Assembly (NCBI GenBank): GCA_963847705.1
Contig: CAWKBC010000007.1
Span: 75,197 to 139,196 of the forward strand
DNA length: 64,000 bases
Direction of reading: 5' to 3'
DNA from: an uncultured Pseudomonadota bacterium
Lineage (GTDB): Bacteria > Myxococcota_A > Polyangia > Fen-1088
Of this stretch, positions 28,644 to 41,288 are shown piece after piece (the stretch's first letter is position 1; each line of letters starts with the position of its first letter). The notes under the pieces were generated by a model. It was not told where the DNA came from and made no database searches. It saw nothing but the letters and a program-made list of their open reading frames with translations. The position numbers were made by a program, and so were the translations under genes.

Positions 28644-31600
28644 CTACTTCCCCCCGAGGCGCGCGGTGTCTTTGGAATTCAGCTCGAAGGCGGCCATCTC
28701 GGCCTCCTCTGGCGAAAGGCCCTTGTCGCGCATCTTCTTTTGCGTCTCGAGGACGCGGCGGTAGTCGTTCGGCATGACGCGCACGAAGTACGGCACCCAT
28801 TCCTTCCAGGTCGCCAGGATCTCCTCGGCGCGCTTGCTGCCGGTCAACTGCGCGTGGCGCAGGACCAGCCCGTGCACCAGCTTCGCCTCTTCGGGATCTT
28901 CCAGCTTGTCCAGGCCGACCATCTCCTTGTTGCAACGCTTGGCGAAGGTGCCCCCCTCGTCGAGCACGTAGGCGACGCCGCCCGACATCCCGGCGGCGAA
29001 GTTGCGACCGCTGTTGCCGATGATCACCACGCGGCCGCCGGTCATGTATTCGCAGCCGTGATCGCCAACCCCTTCGACGACCGCGTTGGCGCCGCTGTTG
29101 CGGACGGCGAAGCGCTCCCCGGCCACGCCCCGGAAAAACGCCTCACCGGCGGTGGCGCCGTAGAGCGCCACATTGCCGATGAGGATGTTCTCCTCGGCGG
29201 CGAAGGTCGCTTCCTTCGACGGGTAAACGATGATCCGGCCCCCCGAGAGCCCCTTGCCGACGTAGTCGTTGGCGTCCCCTTCCAGCGTCAGCGTCATGCC
29301 GCGCGGGATGAACGCGCCGAAGCTCTGCCCGGCGGAGCCGGTGAACTTCAGCTTGATCGTGTCGTCGGGCAGTCCGTCCGGGCCGTACTTCCGCGTGATC
29401 TCGCTGCCGGTGATGGTGCCGACGACACGGTTGACGTTGCGGATCGGGATCGACGCCGCGACCTTCTCGCCGCGCGCGATGGCCGGCTCGCACAGCGGCA
29501 GGATCGTCGTCATGTCGAGCGAGCTCTCCAGGCCATGGTCCTGGTCCATCGTCCGGTAACGTCCGACCTCGGGACCGACCTGTGGCTGGTAGAGGATCTT
29601 CGAGAGGTCGAGCCCCCGCGCCTTCCAGTGGTCGATCGCCGGCTTCATCTCCAGATGCTCGGTGTGCCCGATCATCTCGTTCAGGGTGCGGAAGCCGAGC
29701 TCCGCCATCAGCTCGCGGACCTCGGTGGCCACGAAGCGCATGAAGTTGACGGCGTTCTCCGGCTTGCCGGTGAACTTCTTCCGCAGCTCGGGGTTCTGCG
29801 TGGCCACACCGACCGGGCAGGTGTTGAGGTGACAGACCCGCATCATGATGCAGCCCACGGAGACCAGCGGCGCCGTCGAGAAGCCGAACTCCTCGGCCCC
29901 CAGCAGCGCGGCGACCACGACGTCGCGGCCGGTCTTCAGCTGCCCGTCCGTCTCGACGACGATCCGGCTGCGCAGGCCATTGAGCACCAGCACCTGGTGC
30001 GCCTCGGCCAGCCCCAGCTCCCAGGGCGCGCCCGCGTGCTTGAGGCTGGTGAGGGGCGACGCCCCGGTCCCGCCGTCGTGCCCGCTGATGAGCACCAGGT
30101 CGGCGTGCGCCTTGGCCACGCCGGCCGCGATCGTCCCCACGCCGACCTCGGCGACCAGCTTCACGCTGATGCGCGCGCGCGGGTTGGCGTTCTTGAGGTC
30201 GTGGATGAGCTGCGCCAGGTCCTCGATCGAATAGATGTCGTGGTGGGGCGGCGGCGAGATGAGCCCCACGCCCGGCGTCGAGTAGCGAACCTTGGCAATC
30301 CAGGGATAGACCTTGGACCCGGGGAGCTGCCCCCCTTCGCCAGGCTTCGCTCCCTGCGCCATCTTGATCTGGATCTCGTCGGCGCTGATCAGGTACTGGC
30401 TGGTCACTCCGAAGCGGCCCGAAGCGACCTGCTTGATCGCGCTCCGCCGTGAATCGCCGTTGGCGTCGGGGACGAAGCGCGCCGGGTCCTCACCGCCCTC
30501 GCCGGTGTTGCTCTTGCCGCCGATGCGGTTCATGGCGATGGCCAGCGTCTCGTGCGCCTCCTTGCTGATCGAGCCGTACGACATGGCGCCGGTCTTGAAG
30601 CGCTTGAGGATCGCCTCCATCGGCTCGACCTCCTCGAGCGGCACCGGCTTGCGGGTGGACTTGAGGTCCATCAATCCGCGCAGCGTGCAGAGGTGCCTCG
30701 CCTGATCGTCGATCAGCTTCGAATACTCCTTGAAGATCTTGAAGTCGCCGGTGCGGCAGGCGTACTGCAGCTTGTGGATGCTCTCCGGGTTGAAGAGGTG
30801 GTACTCCCCGTTGCGCCGGTACTGGTACTGGCCGCCCGGCTCCAGGCTCTCCTCCGGCAGCGGCCGCTCCGGGAAGGCGCGCAGGTGGCGCTCGCGCACC
30901 TCGGCGGCGACCTCCTCGATGCCGATCCCCTCCACGCGCGAGGCGGTCCAGGTGAAGTACTCGTCGATGAACGGCTGGTTGAGGCCGATCGCCTCGAACA
31001 CCTGGGCCCCGTGGTAGCTCTGAATGGTCGAGATCCCCATCTTCGAGCAGACCTTCACGATCCCCTTGGCGACCGCCTTGACGTACTTCTGCTCGGCCTT
31101 TTCGGCGTCTCCCGGCACGAGGCCCTGCTTGACCATGTCGTGGAGCGATTCGAACGCCAGATAGGGGTTCATGGCGCTGGCGCCGTACCCGAGCAGCAGC
31201 GCGAAGTGGTGCACCTCGCGCGGCTCACCGGTCTCGAGGACCAGCCCGACCCGCGTGCGCGACCCTTCGCGCAGGAGGTGGTGCTGCACCGACGCGACCG
31301 TCAGCAGCGACGGGATCGGGGCCCGCTGGCGGTCGTGCCCGCGGTCAGAGAGGATGATGATGTTGTACCCGTCGGCGATCGCCTTGCTGGCCGCGGCGCG
31401 CAGCGCCTCGATCCCGGCCCGCAGCCCTTCACCGCCCGCCGCCACGTCGTAGAGCGCCGGCAGGGTGATGCTCTTGAACCCGTGCGAGGTGGGACCACCG
31501 TCGAGGTTGCGCAGCTTCTCCAGCTCCTCGTTGCGCAGCACGGGCGTGGGGAGGCCGATCTGGCGCGCCGAGGCGGGCGTCGGCTCGAGCAGGTTCCCCT

Positions 31601-33257
31601 CGGGGCCGATCGCGGTGTCGACCGCCATGATGATCTCCTCGCGGATGGCGTCGACCGGGGGGTTGGTCACCTGGGCGAACAGCTGCTTGAAGTAGCTGAA
31701 GAGGAGCTGTGGTTTGTTCGACAGCACCGCCAGCGGCGTGTCGGTCCCCATCGAGCCGTTGGCCTCGACACCGTCGATCGCCATCGGCGCCACCAAGACC
31801 TTGAGGTCCTCGCTGGTGTAACCAAAGGCCTCCTGGCGGCGCAGCACCGTGTCGTGATCCGGCGAGATCACCGACGGAGGCTTGGGCAGATCGCCGATCG
31901 AGATCAGGTTCTCCTTCAGCCACTGCCCGTAGGGGGCCGCGGAGGCCATCTCGTCCTTGATCTCGTCGTCGCCGATGATTCGTCCCTGAGCGGTGTCGAC
32001 CAGGAACATGCGCCCCGGCTGCAGGCGCCCCTTCTCCAGAATGTTCTCGGGCGGGATGTCGAGCACGCCGACCTCGGAGGCCATCACCACCAGGCCGTCC
32101 TTGGTGACGTAGTAGCGCGACGGGCGCAGGCCGTTGCGGTCGAGCGTGGCGCCGATGCGAACGCCGTCGGTGAAGGCCACCGAGGCGGGACCATCCCAGG
32201 GCTCCATCAGGCAGCCGTGGAACTCGTAGAAGTCCTTGCGGGCGCGCGACATCGACTCGTGGTTCGACCACGGCTCGGGGATCATCATCATCATCGCGTG
32301 CGGCAGCGACCGCCCGGCCAGGAAGAGCAGCTCGAGGACGTTGTCGAACATCCCCGAGTCCGACCCCTCGGTGTCGACGACCGGGATGCACTTTTGCAGG
32401 TCGTCTCCGAACAGCTTGGAGGCGAACATGCTCTCGCGGGCGTGCATCCAGTTGACGTTGCCGCGCAGCGTGTTGATCTCGCCGTTGTGCGCGATCATCC
32501 GGTAAGGATGCGCGCGCGACCAGTTGGGGAAGGTGTTGGTCGAAAACCGCGAGTGAACCAGCGCCAGCGCCGACTCGACGCGCTCGTCCTGCAGGTCGGT
32601 GTAGAACGCGGTCAGTTGATCGCAGTTCAGCATCCCCTTGTAGACAATCGTCCGTGACGAGAGGCTGGAGACGTAGAAGGTCGCCTTCTCGGGAATGTCG
32701 AGGCGGCGGACTGCGTGGCGGGCGCGGCGACGGATGACGTAAAGCTTCCGCTCGAAGGCGTCCTCGTCGGGGATCGACGGGTGACGCGCGATGAAGAGCT
32801 GCTTCATGACCGGCTGCGACCTGCGGGCGGTCGGCCCCAGCATCCGGCTGTCGACCGGAACCTCGCGCCAGCCGAGCACACGCTGCCCCTCGTCGCGCAC
32901 CACCTTCTCGAAGAGGTGCTCGCAGGCGGCCCGGCTGCCCGGATCGTTCGGCAAGAAAACCATACCGACGCCGTAGTGACCGACCGCGGGGAGCGTGATG
33001 TGCCCCTTGGCCTCGGCGCAGACGGCGGCCAAGAAGTCGTGCGGGATCTGAATGAGGATCCCGGCGCCGTCGCCGGTATTTTTTTCCGCCCCGCACGCAC
33101 CACGGTGCTCGAGGTTCAAAAGGATCTGAACGCCATCGCGGACGATCTTGTTGGACTTGCGTCCCTTCAGATCGACAACGAAGCCAACCCCGCATGAGTC
33201 ATGCTCATTTTGGGGATCATATAGACCTTGACGCGGTGGGTTGACGTGCTCTTCCAT
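28644..33257 (-). CDS. gltB: Glutamate synthase large subunit
   Basis: [10 protein letters not shown]-terminal nucleophile Cys, [51 protein letters not shown] domain. Start MEEHV at 33257; the longer ORF runs into repeats. Confidence 0.98.
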   Translation of the reverse strand: MEEHVNPPRQGLYDPQNEHDSCGVGFVVDLKGRKSNKIVRDGVQILLNLEHRGACGAEKNTGDGAGILIQIPHDFLAAVCAEAKGHITLPAVGHYGVGMVFLPNDPGSRAACEHLFEKVVRDEGQRVLGWREVPVDSRMLGPTARRSQPVMKQLFIARHPSIPDEDAFERKLYVIRRRARHAVRRLDIPEKATFYVSSLSSRTIVYKGMLNCDQLTAFYTDLQDERVESALALVHSRFSTNTFPNWSRAHPYRMIAHNGEINTLRGNVNWMHARESMFASKLFGDDLQKCIPVVDTEGSDSGMFDNVLELLFLAGRSLPHAMMMMIPEPWSNHESMSRARKDFYEFHGCLMEPWDGPASVAFTDGVRIGATLDRNGLRPSRYYVTKDGLVVMASEVGVLDIPPENILEKGRLQPGRMFLVDTAQGRIIGDDEIKDEMASAAPYGQWLKENLISIGDLPKPPSVISPDHDTVLRRQEAFGYTSEDLKVLVAPMAIDGVEANGSMGTDTPLAVLSNKPQLLFSYFKQLFAQVTNPPVDAIREEIIMAVDTAIGPEGNLLEPTPASARQIGLPTPVLRNEELEKLRNLDGGPTSHGFKSITLPALYDVAAGGEGLRAGIEALRAAASKAIADGYNIIILSDRGHDRQRAPIPSLLTVASVQHHLLREGSRTRVGLVLETGEPREVHHFALLLGYGASAMNPYLAFESLHDMVKQGLVPGDAEKAEQKYVKAVAKGIVKVCSKMGISTIQSYHGAQVFEAIGLNQPFIDEYFTWTASRVEGIGIEEVAAEVRERHLRAFPERPLPEESLEPGGQYQYRRNGEYHLFNPESIHKLQYACRTGDFKIFKEYSKLIDDQARHLCTLRGLMDLKSTRKPVPLEEVEPMEAILKRFKTGAMSYGSISKEAHETLAIAMNRIGGKSNTGEGGEDPARFVPDANGDSRRSAIKQVASGRFGVTSQYLISADEIQIKMAQGAKPGEGGQLPGSKVYPWIAKVRYSTPGVGLISPPPHHDIYSIEDLAQLIHDLKNANPRARISVKLVAEVGVGTIAAGVAKAHADLVLISGHDGGTGASPLTSLKHAGAPWELGLAEAHQVLVLNGLRSRIVVETDGQLKTGRDVVVAALLGAEEFGFSTAPLVSVGCIMMRVCHLNTCPVGVATQNPELRKKFTGKPENAVNFMRFVATEVRELMAELGFRTLNEMIGHTEHLEMKPAIDHWKARGLDLSKILYQPQVGPEVGRYRTMDQDHGLESSLDMTTILPLCEPAIARGEKVAASIPIRNVNRVVGTITGSEITRKYGPDGLPDDTIKLKFTGSAGQSFGAFIPRGMTLTLEGDANDYVGKGLSGGRIIVYPSKEATFAAEENILIGNVALYGATAGEAFFRGVAGERFAVRNSGANAVVEGVGDHGCEYMTGGRVVIIGNSGRNFAAGMSGGVAYVLDEGGTFAKRCNKEMVGLDKLEDPEEAKLVHGLVLRHAQLTGSKRAEEILATWKEWVPYFVRVMPNDYRRVLETQKKMRDKGLSPEEAEMAAFELNSKDTARLGGK

Positions 33258-33372
33258 GGCCTCGGTTTCCGGGAATATTGCCAAACGGCTCACTGTAGCA
33301 CGCTGTGGGTGTTCCACGTCCAGCGGGTTTTGTACAGCCGGGCCCGCATAGGGGCCGGAGCTCGCTTCGGGC

Positions 33373-33530
33373 CGGCGTCGCTTCGCTCGCCGGGCCTCGC
33401 TCGCGGCCAGCTCCGCGGGCTCGCATCGGCTCGGCGTCGCTTCGCTCGCCGGGCCTCGCTCGCCGCCAGCTCCGCGGGGCTCGCATCGGCTCGGCGTCGC
33501 TTCGCTCGCCGGGCCTCGCTCGCTTGCCAG
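33373..33530 (+). repeat. Three tandem ~60-bp repeats (family B)
   Basis: CGGCGTCGCTTCGCTCGCCGGGCCTCGCTCGC at 33373, 33432 and 33492. Confidence 0.9.
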
Positions 33531-33616
33531 AGTTCGGCCCACCTCATTTGAAGCGCCCGGAACCCTGACGGGCGTCCGTCAGATCGGTGCGGATCGAGCG
33601 CCGCCGCCCGGACCGC

Positions 33617-33713
33617 GCCGAGGGCCGCACCGGACTTTTTCGGCGGCGTGGGCTGCGTCTCGCAATTGAAAGGGCAGCCCACGCCGCCGAAAAAGTTCCG
33701 CGCGGCCCTCGGC
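33617..33713. repeat. Long near-perfect palindrome
   Basis: GCCGAGGGCCGC...CTTTTTCGGCGGCGTGGGCTGC pairs with GCAGCCCACGCCGCCGAAAAAG...GCGGCCCTCGGC around a short central spacer. Confidence 0.85.
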
Positions 33714-33769
33714 TTGGACCCGAGCAGCGGCGTTCATCCGCGCGTAATGGGGGTCGCCTTCGGCTCCGG

Positions 33770-34020
33770 GCATCTGGCGAGCGGGCGTCTGGCCGGCGAA
33801 CGTCTGGCCGGCGGGCGTCTGGCGAGCGGGCGTCTGGCCGGCGGACGTCTGGCCGGCGGGCGAGCGAGGGGCCGGCGAGCGAGGGGCCGGCGAGCGAAGC
33901 GACGCCGGCCTCGATGCGAGCCCCGCGGAGCTGGCCGCGAGCGAGGCCCGGCGAGCGAAGCGACGCCGCGCCGATGCGAGCCGGCGAGCGAAGCGACGCC
34001 GGCCCCGATGCGAGCCCGGC
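33770..34020 (-). repeat. 15-bp tandem repeats followed by inverted family B copies
   Basis: About six CGTCTGGC(C/G)(G/A)GCG units (33770-33860), then CCGGCGAGCGAAGCGACGCCG three times, the reverse complement of family B. Confidence 0.85.
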
Positions 34021-34043
34021 CCCGGGCCGCAAGCCCGGAGGGG

Positions 34044-35369
<1,326 letters not shown>

Positions 35370-35389
35370 GACGGGAAACATATCTTACC

Positions 35390-35490
35390 CGGAACCGGGC
35401 GAGGGTTCCGCAGCGTCGATCGTCGTCGGAACCCTCGAAGGGTTCCGCTCCTCCCGCGACGGGCTCGGTCCAGCGGAGCTGGCCCTCCCC
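35390..35490 (+). repeat. REP-like family A copy, plus degenerate half copy, in the thrC-thrA divergent region
   Basis: CGGAACCCT-CGA-AGGGTTCCG-CTCCTCCCGCGACGGGCTC at 35427; CGGAACC..GGTTCCG at 35390. Confidence 0.75.
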
Positions 35491-35520
35491 CACGCGATCC
35501 TGATACACCTTCGTCCGAAC

Positions 35521-38136
35521 ATGACCCCGAAGAATGTCTTTCCGAACGCCCGGAAGCTGGGCATCGAGATTCACAAGTTCGGTGGCGCGTCGCTGGCCGA
35601 TGCGGCTGCTTTTCGGCGCGTCGTGGAGATCGTCAAGACGCGGAGCGCGCCGCGCATCGTGGTGGTGTCGGCGCCCGCCGGCGTGACCGACACGCTGCTG
35701 GGGCTCGCCAAGCGGGCGGCGGCCGGCGACGGCGAGGGCGGCGCGAAGGAGATCGACGATCTCGGTGGCCGCTATCTCGAAATCCTGCGCGGCGCGGCCA
35801 AACGCGGCACCAAGGAGGTGGCGGCCGAGATCGCGCGTTCGATGGATGAGCTGGAGCGGCTGCTCTCCAGCCTGGCCGTGCTCAAGGAGCTGACGCCGCG
35901 CACCCGCGACTTCATCGTCAGCCGGGGCGAGCGCCTCTCGGCGCGGCTGCTGACGGCGGCGCTGGGCGCGGCCGGCGTGCGGGCGCGCTACGTCGACGCC
36001 ACCGAGGTCATCTTCACCGACGGACCGTTCGGCGGCGCCTCGCCCAACCTGATGTTGACCGACCTGGCCGCCCGCAAGCTGCTGCGCCCGCTCTGCGCCG
36101 CCGGGCTGACGCCGGTCATCCCCGGGTTCATCGGCGCCGCCAAGGTTGACGAACGAGACGGCGAGAGGGACGGCGACCACGGGCACGGGCAGGGCGACGC
36201 CCGGCGCGCGCTCGGCGTGGCCACGCTCGGACGCGGCGGGACCGATCTGACCGCCACCCTGCTCGGGCGCGCGCTGTCGGCGAAGGAGATCTGCCTCTGG
36301 AAGGACGTCCCGGGACTGCTCACCGCCGATCCGCGGGTGGTCCCCGACGCCCGCGTGATCCCGCAGCTGCATGTCCGCGAGGCGGCCGAGCTGGCCTACT
36401 TCGGCGCCAAGGTCCTGCACCCGCGGGCGCTCATCCCCGTCTCCGGCCGCTCGATCCCGGTGTTCGTGCGGCCGTTCGCCGACGCGACCGCCGCCGGCAC
36501 CGAGATCTCCGCCCGCCGCACGCTCGATCGCTACCCGGTCAAGGCGCTCTCGGCGGTGGGGGGGCAGGCGCTGCTCACCGTCGCCGGGAACGGCATGCTG
36601 GGCGTGCCAGGGATCGCGGCGCGGACCTTCGAGGCGCTGCACCTCCAGGGGATCAGCGTCTCGCTCATCTCCCAGTCGTCGTCCGAGCAGTCGATCTGCT
36701 TCTCGGTCCCCGAGGGGGCGGCGCTGCGGGCCCGCGATCGGCTGACCGAGGAGTTCCGCGATCAGATCGCGCGCGGCGAGATCGACGGCATCGATTCGCT
36801 CTCCGGGCTGGCGACCGTGGCGGTGGTCGGGATCGGCATGGCCGGCCACCTGGGCATCGCGGCGCGCGTGTTCGCGGCCCTGGCCGAGGCCAAGATCAAC
36901 ATCGTCGCCATCGCGCAAGGGTCGTCAGAGCTCAACATCTCGTTCGTGGTGGCGGCCAAGGACGTGGGGGCCGCGCAGCGGGCGGTGCACGGCGCCTTTC
37001 AGCTGTCGAAGATCGGCGGAGGGGCCGCCGCGCGCGCGGCGCACACCGACACCGTGCTGCTCGGCTTCGGCCAGATCGGACGCGCCCTGGCCAAGATCAT
37101 GGCCCAGGGCCAAAGCGGCAAGAACGGCAAGAACGGCAACAGCAGGAAGTCCAAGCTGCGCCTGGTTGCGGCCATCGATCGATCAGGGTTCGTCTTCGAC
37201 CCCAACGGGCTTTCCCCGCGCGTGGTGGCGGCGCTCTCCGCGGCCAAGGAGAAGGGGAAGTCGCTGGCGGAGGTGCCCGGCGGCCGCGCCGCGGCGCCCG
37301 CCGACGCGCTGGCGGCGCTGGCCGAGCATGCGCTCGGCGATCCGATCCTGGTCGACGTCACCGCCGACGAGAGCACGCCGCTCATCCGCCAGGCGCTGGG
37401 CGCGGGAATGGACGTGGTGCTGGCCAACAAGCGGCCCATCTCGGGCCCGCGCGCCGAGAGCGAGGCGCTGGCGGCGCTGGCGGAGAGCGCCGGGCGGCGC
37501 CTCCTGACCGAGGCCACCGTCGGCGCCGGGCTGCCGATCTTCGACACGCACCGCAAGCTGGTCGAATCGGGCGATCGCGTCCTCAAGATCGAAGGCTGTC
37601 TCTCGGGGACGCTCGGCTTCGTGCTGACCGAGGTCGAGAAGGGGCGGTCGTTCTCCGCGGCGCTCGGCCGCGCGATGGCGCTCGGCTACACCGAGCCCGA
37701 CCCGCGCGACGATCTCTCGGGCGTGGACGTCGGGCGCAAGGCGCTGATCCTCGGACGGCTGCTGGCCTTCGCTGGGGAGCCGGCCGACGTCGCGGTCGAG
37801 TCGCTGGTGCCGGCGGCGATGCAGGCGCTCCCCCGGGAGGCGTTCCTGGCGCGCCTCGCCGACGTCGACGCCGACTGGTCGCGCCGCGCCGCCGCGGCCA
37901 AGGCCAAGGGCGCCACGCTTCGCTACGTCGCGACGGTGACGAAGGACCGCATCTCCGTCGGGCTGAAGGTCGTCGACCGGTCGAGCCCCTTCTACGGCCT
38001 CAAGGGGACCGACAACCAGGTCGCCTTCACCACCTCGCGCTACCGCAAGAACCCGCTGGTCATCACCGGCCCCGGCGCCGGCCCGGCCGTCACGGCGGCC
38101 GGCGTGCTCAACGACATGCTCCGCGTCAGCGGCTGA
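35521..38136 (+). CDS. thrA: Bifunctional aspartokinase / homoserine dehydrogenase
   Basis: HKFGGASL, VVSA, TLGRGGTD, DVPGLLTADPR, two ACT domains, GFGQIG, ANKRP, EATVGAGLPI, GYTEPDPRDDLSG, GPGAGPAVTA. Confidence 0.95.
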   Translation: MTPKNVFPNARKLGIEIHKFGGASLADAAAFRRVVEIVKTRSAPRIVVVSAPAGVTDTLLGLAKRAAAGDGEGGAKEIDDLGGRYLEILRGAAKRGTKEVAAEIARSMDELERLLSSLAVLKELTPRTRDFIVSRGERLSARLLTAALGAAGVRARYVDATEVIFTDGPFGGASPNLMLTDLAARKLLRPLCAAGLTPVIPGFIGAAKVDERDGERDGDHGHGQGDARRALGVATLGRGGTDLTATLLGRALSAKEICLWKDVPGLLTADPRVVPDARVIPQLHVREAAELAYFGAKVLHPRALIPVSGRSIPVFVRPFADATAAGTEISARRTLDRYPVKALSAVGGQALLTVAGNGMLGVPGIAARTFEALHLQGISVSLISQSSSEQSICFSVPEGAALRARDRLTEEFRDQIARGEIDGIDSLSGLATVAVVGIGMAGHLGIAARVFAALAEAKINIVAIAQGSSELNISFVVAAKDVGAAQRAVHGAFQLSKIGGGAAARAAHTDTVLLGFGQIGRALAKIMAQGQSGKNGKNGNSRKSKLRLVAAIDRSGFVFDPNGLSPRVVAALSAAKEKGKSLAEVPGGRAAAPADALAALAEHALGDPILVDVTADESTPLIRQALGAGMDVVLANKRPISGPRAESEALAALAESAGRRLLTEATVGAGLPIFDTHRKLVESGDRVLKIEGCLSGTLGFVLTEVEKGRSFSAALGRAMALGYTEPDPRDDLSGVDVGRKALILGRLLAFAGEPADVAVESLVPAAMQALPREAFLARLADVDADWSRRAAAAKAKGATLRYVATVTKDRISVGLKVVDRSSPFYGLKGTDNQVAFTTSRYRKNPLVITGPGAGPAVTAAGVLNDMLRVSG

Positions 38137-38221
38137 GCTCGCCAGCAACTCCCTCCATCGTCGCGAAACAATGATCGCGTCGAGCGCAGGCGGGCTTTGC
38201 CCGCTGGAGCTCATCGCGGGA

Positions 38222-38256
38222 CAAAAAAAAACGGGAGGCCGAGGCCTCCCGTTTTG
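38222..38256. terminator. Bidirectional intrinsic terminator
   Basis: A9-CGGGAGGC-CGAG-GCCTCCCG-TTTT between convergent thrA and the porin gene. Confidence 0.85.
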
Positions 38257-38288
38257 TGCTGCCTAAGTCTTAACTGGTGATGCGGCGG

Positions 38289-39569
38289 CTAGAACCAGGT
38301 GAGGGCCGCGATTTCGCCGGTGATGGCGTCGGACTTTCCCGTCGCCCCACCGCCCTCGAGCACGGCCACGCCATCATCCTTGGCGGCAAAGTCGCCCCGA
38401 ACCTCAGGGCGCAGCTCGAAGTTCTTACCCACGTCGATGCCCAGCATGATGGTTCCTTCTCCCTGCTTGGTGGTGATCGATCCCACCGGGCTCGCGTCGA
38501 CATGGCTCGCCAAGAACTCGCCACGGGCCGCAACGTTCAGGTGGTCGCTGATCACGTAGCGTCCCATAAGGGAGGCGCCGACTTGGTAGTCGGCCGCGAC
38601 GTCGTCGTAGGCCTTGATGTAGTCGATGTTCAGGTTGAGGCCGAAGTTGCTGTTGACCGTGTACGCGGCGACGATGTCGAGCAGGAAGCGCAGGTCACCC
38701 GGAGTGGCGCCCGGGTTCGGCTGCGGCTGCCCTTCCTTGCCGAAGTACGTGGTCGCGATGAGCGACAGTGCCGGAGAGGCGGTGACCGTCGCCGACAGGC
38801 CGATCGTCTTCCAGGCATTGAAGTCGGGGTCGTTGTTCCAGCCGTTGACCACGCTGGCCTGGACGGTGACCATGTCGTTGATCTTCAAGTTGGCGCGAAC
38901 ACCGGTGTGGAGCAGCGGGATGGCGTTGAAGAGCAGCGAGCGGGAATAGAGCCAGTTCTTGTTGGCCTCGATGACCTCGGCGCCCGCCGTGGTGGTGAAC
39001 TTACCGAAGTCGAGGGTGAGGTTGCCCGGCAGCGAGATCTCGCCGAAGGCCTGCTCCACCAGGAAATTGTTTCCGGTTTGCGCTGACACCGCCGAGTTGG
39101 TGCCGGCCGTCGAATCGATCGAGTTATTGATGATCGTTCCGACCGACCCGTATCCAAGGTCGAGTTGGAGGGAGACCACATCCAGCGAAGCATTCATCGT
39201 CAACTTGGCGAGCGCGAGCGTGAAGCTGTTCGCGTTGGTGTCGAACGCGCGGCCCACGGCCACCGGGAACGGCGGCTGAGGGAACTGCAGCGAGTTCGAG
39301 CCCGAGGGCGGGGTGAAGTTATAGAGGTAGTAGGTGTCGACCAACCCGCCGAAGACGAACTTCGGCGACGGGGCTGCCGGAGCCGCAGCGGGTGCCGGCG
39401 GCACAGCCGGCGGCGCCACGACGACAGTCGGCGCCGGCGCGGGCGTGACCACCACCGCAGGCGGCGGGGGCGGCGGCGGAGCGGCGTCAGCCGGCGGCGG
39501 CGTTTGCGCGAACGCGCGAACTGGCACCACCACAGCAATCGCAAGCAGGCATGCACGAAGTCGCATCAA
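38289..39569 (-). CDS. Outer-membrane beta-barrel porin (BBP2/DUF1597-like)
   Basis: Signal peptide, Pro linker, GLVDTYY, GKFTTTAGAEVI, NWLYSRSLLF, HTGVR, NGWN; terminal WF. Confidence 0.85.
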   Translation of the reverse strand: MMRLRACLLAIAVVVPVRAFAQTPPPADAAPPPPPPPAVVVTPAPAPTVVVAPPAVPPAPAAAPAAPSPKFVFGGLVDTYYLYNFTPPSGSNSLQFPQPPFPVAVGRAFDTNANSFTLALAKLTMNASLDVVSLQLDLGYGSVGTIINNSIDSTAGTNSAVSAQTGNNFLVEQAFGEISLPGNLTLDFGKFTTTAGAEVIEANKNWLYSRSLLFNAIPLLHTGVRANLKINDMVTVQASVVNGWNNDPDFNAWKTIGLSATVTASPALSLIATTYFGKEGQPQPNPGATPGDLRFLLDIVAAYTVNSNFGLNLNIDYIKAYDDVAADYQVGASLMGRYVISDHLNVAARGEFLASHVDASPVGSITTKQGEGTIMLGIDVGKNFELRPEVRGDFAAKDDGVAVLEGGGATGKSDAITGEIAALTWF

Positions 39570-39766
39570 TGATCCCTCCCAGGTTGATTTCTTTGATCTT
39601 GGTCGTCGCTAACTTCGCGGACCGTAGCTGCGGCTGGGGTTCATGTAAAGACTTTCAGGACATGCCTTAATAGATTTTGCTGGCGCGAAACTCCTTGGAA
39701 ATAAGCCGGAAACGTCGCGGGTCGCGCGGTTGCAGAATGCCGTTAAAACCCGGCTATTTGGCTAGA

Positions 39767-41248
39767 TCAGGACGTCGGAAACAACGGGGTGTGATCTATC
39801 CCCGCCATCAAACGGATCAAGGATCCTTGCTCCGCTCCGCGCGGCAGCGCGCCGACCAGATGCCCTTCGCGCAGCACCAACATCCGGGTCGACAGCGCGA
39901 TCAGCTCGGGCAGCTCGCTCGAGATCAGGAGGATTCCGGTTCCCGCCTCCGCGAGATCGTGGATCAGCGAATGGATTTCAGATTTCGCGCCGACGTCCAC
40001 GCCGCGGGTCGGCTCGTCGAGGATCAGAAGCCGGCATCGCGTGGCCAGCCATTTGGCGAAGACGATCTTCTGCTGGTTCCCACCCGACAGCCCGACCGTC
40101 GCCGCGTCGAGGTTGGGGGTGCGCATGTTGAGGCGCTGGAAGGCCTCCTCGCCGAGCGCGCGCTCCGCTCCCGAGGGCAGCCATCCCCAGCGCGCGAGCT
40201 GCGGCAGCACGGGGAGCGCCAGGTTTTGATTGCCTGACATCTGAGGAATGAACCCCTGCCGTTTCCGATCTTCCGGCACCAGGCCGACGCCCGCCCGCAT
40301 CGCCGCCAGGGGCGAGCCAGCAGAAAGCGCCTTCCCTTCGACCTCCACCCGACCGGCCGAGGCGTCGTCCAACCCAAAGATCGCCTTGGCCACGTCGGAG
40401 CGACCGGCGCCCACCAAACCGGCCAGGCCGACGATCTCGCCGGCGCGGACCTCGAAGCTGACCTCGTGAAACTTGCCCGGGCTCGACAGCCGGTCGACCC
40501 GCAGGATCACCTCGCCCGGCGCGCGCCTGGCCTGCTTGGGAAGATAGAGGTCGAGGCGGCGTCCGATCATCAGCTCGACCAGGGCGGCCTCATCGAGCGC
40601 GCGCGTCGGCTGCGTCGTGACGTGCCGTCCGTCGCGCAGGACGGTGATGGTGTCGCAGAGGCGGAAGATCTCCGGCATCCGGTGCGAGACGTAGACGCAG
40701 GTGACCCCGCGCTCGCGAAGCCGCCCCATCAGCCCATAGAGGTGGTGGGCCTCCTGTTCCGAGAGGCTGCTGGTCGGCTCGTCGAAGATGATGACGCGCG
40801 CGCCGCCGCCGACCGCCGAGGCGATCTGCACCACCTGCTGCTCGGCGACGGTCAGCTCGCCCACCAGCCGGTGGACGTCGATGGTCGCCTCGATCGCCTC
40901 CAGCAGCTGGCGGCCGCGCCGCTCCACCGCCGGGCGATCAACGAAGGGCCCGCGCCGCGGGAGCGCCCCCAGGCAGAGGTTCTCGGCCACCGACATGTTC
41001 TCGCAGAAGGCCAGCTCCTGATGGACCATGCCCACCCCGGCGCGGAGCGCGTCGCGCGGGCTGTCGAACCGGACCGGCCGGCCGTCGAGCAGGATCTCCC
41101 CGCCGTCCGGGGTGTCGATCCCCGCCAGCAGCTTGCCGAGCGTGCTCTTCCCGGCGCCGTTCTCGCCGCACAGCGCGTGGCACGAGCCGGCCGCGATGTC
41201 GAAGCTGACCTCCTCCAGCGCGCGCACGCCGGGGAAGCGCTTCTCCAC
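39767..41248 (-). CDS. Sugar ABC transporter ATP-binding protein (RbsA-like, two ATPase domains)
   Basis: GENGAGKST, FDEPT, SHR, GLVGAGRS, PEDRK, LSGGNQQK, LDEPTRGVDVGAK, ISSELPE; frame stays open to a CTG at 41281. Confidence 0.95.
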   Translation of the reverse strand: MEKRFPGVRALEEVSFDIAAGSCHALCGENGAGKSTLGKLLAGIDTPDGGEILLDGRPVRFDSPRDALRAGVGMVHQELAFCENMSVAENLCLGALPRRGPFVDRPAVERRGRQLLEAIEATIDVHRLVGELTVAEQQVVQIASAVGGGARVIIFDEPTSSLSEQEAHHLYGLMGRLRERGVTCVYVSHRMPEIFRLCDTITVLRDGRHVTTQPTRALDEAALVELMIGRRLDLYLPKQARRAPGEVILRVDRLSSPGKFHEVSFEVRAGEIVGLAGLVGAGRSDVAKAIFGLDDASAGRVEVEGKALSAGSPLAAMRAGVGLVPEDRKRQGFIPQMSGNQNLALPVLPQLARWGWLPSGAERALGEEAFQRLNMRTPNLDAATVGLSGGNQQKIVFAKWLATRCRLLILDEPTRGVDVGAKSEIHSLIHDLAEAGTGILLISSELPELIALSTRMLVLREGHLVGALPRGAEQGSLIRLMAGIDHTPLFPTS

Positions 41249-41288
41249 CCGCCGAAAGGAGATGATCGGGGCGTCGTCCAGGGCCCGC

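Noticed and set aside
33373-33530. Possible CRISPR array (regular ~60-bp period)
   Set aside because: The would-be spacers are nearly identical, there are only three units, inverted copies lie nearby, and no cas genes are present.
33258-33542. N-terminal extension of GltB in the ORF track
   Set aside because: It is translated family B repeats; the canonical GltB leader starts at 33257.
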